Source: Amphiscolops sp. MND2022 (lineage: Eukaryota). From it: 64,000 bases of DNA. A program made the position numbers and the translations under genes. Each line of letters starts with the position of its first letter. Position 1 is the first letter of the stretch. The notes below the pieces were generated by a model, which worked only from the letters and a program-made list of their open reading frames with translations, searched no databases and had not been told where the DNA came from. The stretch covers positions 96,164,001-96,228,000 of the forward strand of contig OZ076409.1 in the NCBI GenBank assembly GCA_964187785.1, written 5' to 3'. Of this stretch, positions 63,601 to 64,000 are shown in pieces.

Positions 63601-64000
63601 TGAAGCTTGAGAAGGCTGAAAGAGATCTGCTAAGCCCTTGAGCGAGTCTGCGGTAAGCAAAAGTTCGGCTTGCGAAGTTGAAAGCAAGCATCTGGATAGA
63701 TTGGTAGTCTGCCATTTGGAGGCAGTGGTAAGCTTGGGAGCAGTCTAATTTGCAGAAAAGTTTCTTTCCTGCCATATGTTGTACTGCATCCGATAATGTG
63801 CTTACCGGGTAGTTATTGTTGATGTAGTCTTCGGTGATTAAGTTGTTGATTTTTCTAAGATCCACTAGTAGTCTGAGGCGTCCGTTCGGTTTGCGTTGTG
63901 CAAAAATTGGACCAGCGTATTTTGAGAAAGGTAGGGTTGTTATGATTCCATATTTGTGTAGAAGTGCTAGTTCTACCGTAATGTAATCTTTAAGGTTGAT
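60660..64000 (-). pseudogene. pol: Pol of element C (RT, RNase H, integrase; disrupted around 62345-62660)
   Basis: YVDD, MSDAS, HGHNSNH..CQTC, HMDIL/ITDLG/LLER, WQGPY. C-terminus KYNLRPNPNPNFSDSYRY resembles B KYNLRPNPTPNYSEDFRY. Confidence 0.93.

Larger units (their letters stand above)
51746..64000 (-). mobile_element. Element C: decayed Ty3/Gypsy element with the same cargo architecture as B (5' part outside the window)
   Basis: pol (RT YVDD, RH, IN) homologous to B, an antisense BED gene, ORF-X, and an inferred 3' LTR. Confidence 0.92.

Overview
AT-rich, repeat-dense eukaryotic DNA (probably an invertebrate animal; not determinable here), with no prokaryotic features. It holds three Ty3/Gypsy LTR retrotransposons. 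Element A (+, 3013-8787) is an ordinary, decayed element with 195-bp LTRs, PBS, PPT and TSD GACGT. Element B (-, 19741-35969) is a near-intact 16.2-kb element with 1847-bp LTRs and TSD ACTGT. Element C (-, 51746 to beyond 64000) is a diverged, decayed relative of B. Two solo or partial LTRs of the same clade lie at about 300-1124 and 10910-12560. The main result is the architecture shared by B and C. Between pol and the 3' LTR each carries an antisense, six-exon spliced gene (1259 aa in B) encoding a BED-zinc-finger protein that looks like a catalytically degenerate hAT transposase, with the same intron phases and matching internal exon sizes in both elements. Each also carries a sense CxxC-containing ORF-X that ends inside the LTR, has gag starting about 590 nt inside the LTR, lacks a polypurine tract before the 3' LTR, and has a family-specific tetramer-N6-tetramer motif in its non-coding DNA (RGCC-N6-RGCC in B, CGYA-N6-CGYA in C), which are candidate binding sites for the cargo protein. 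The rest of the window is DINE-1/HINE-like Helentron derivatives, CACTA-like non-autonomous elements, a perfect 354-bp palindrome, a (CT)n tract, tRNA-like remnants and a few possible host exons.
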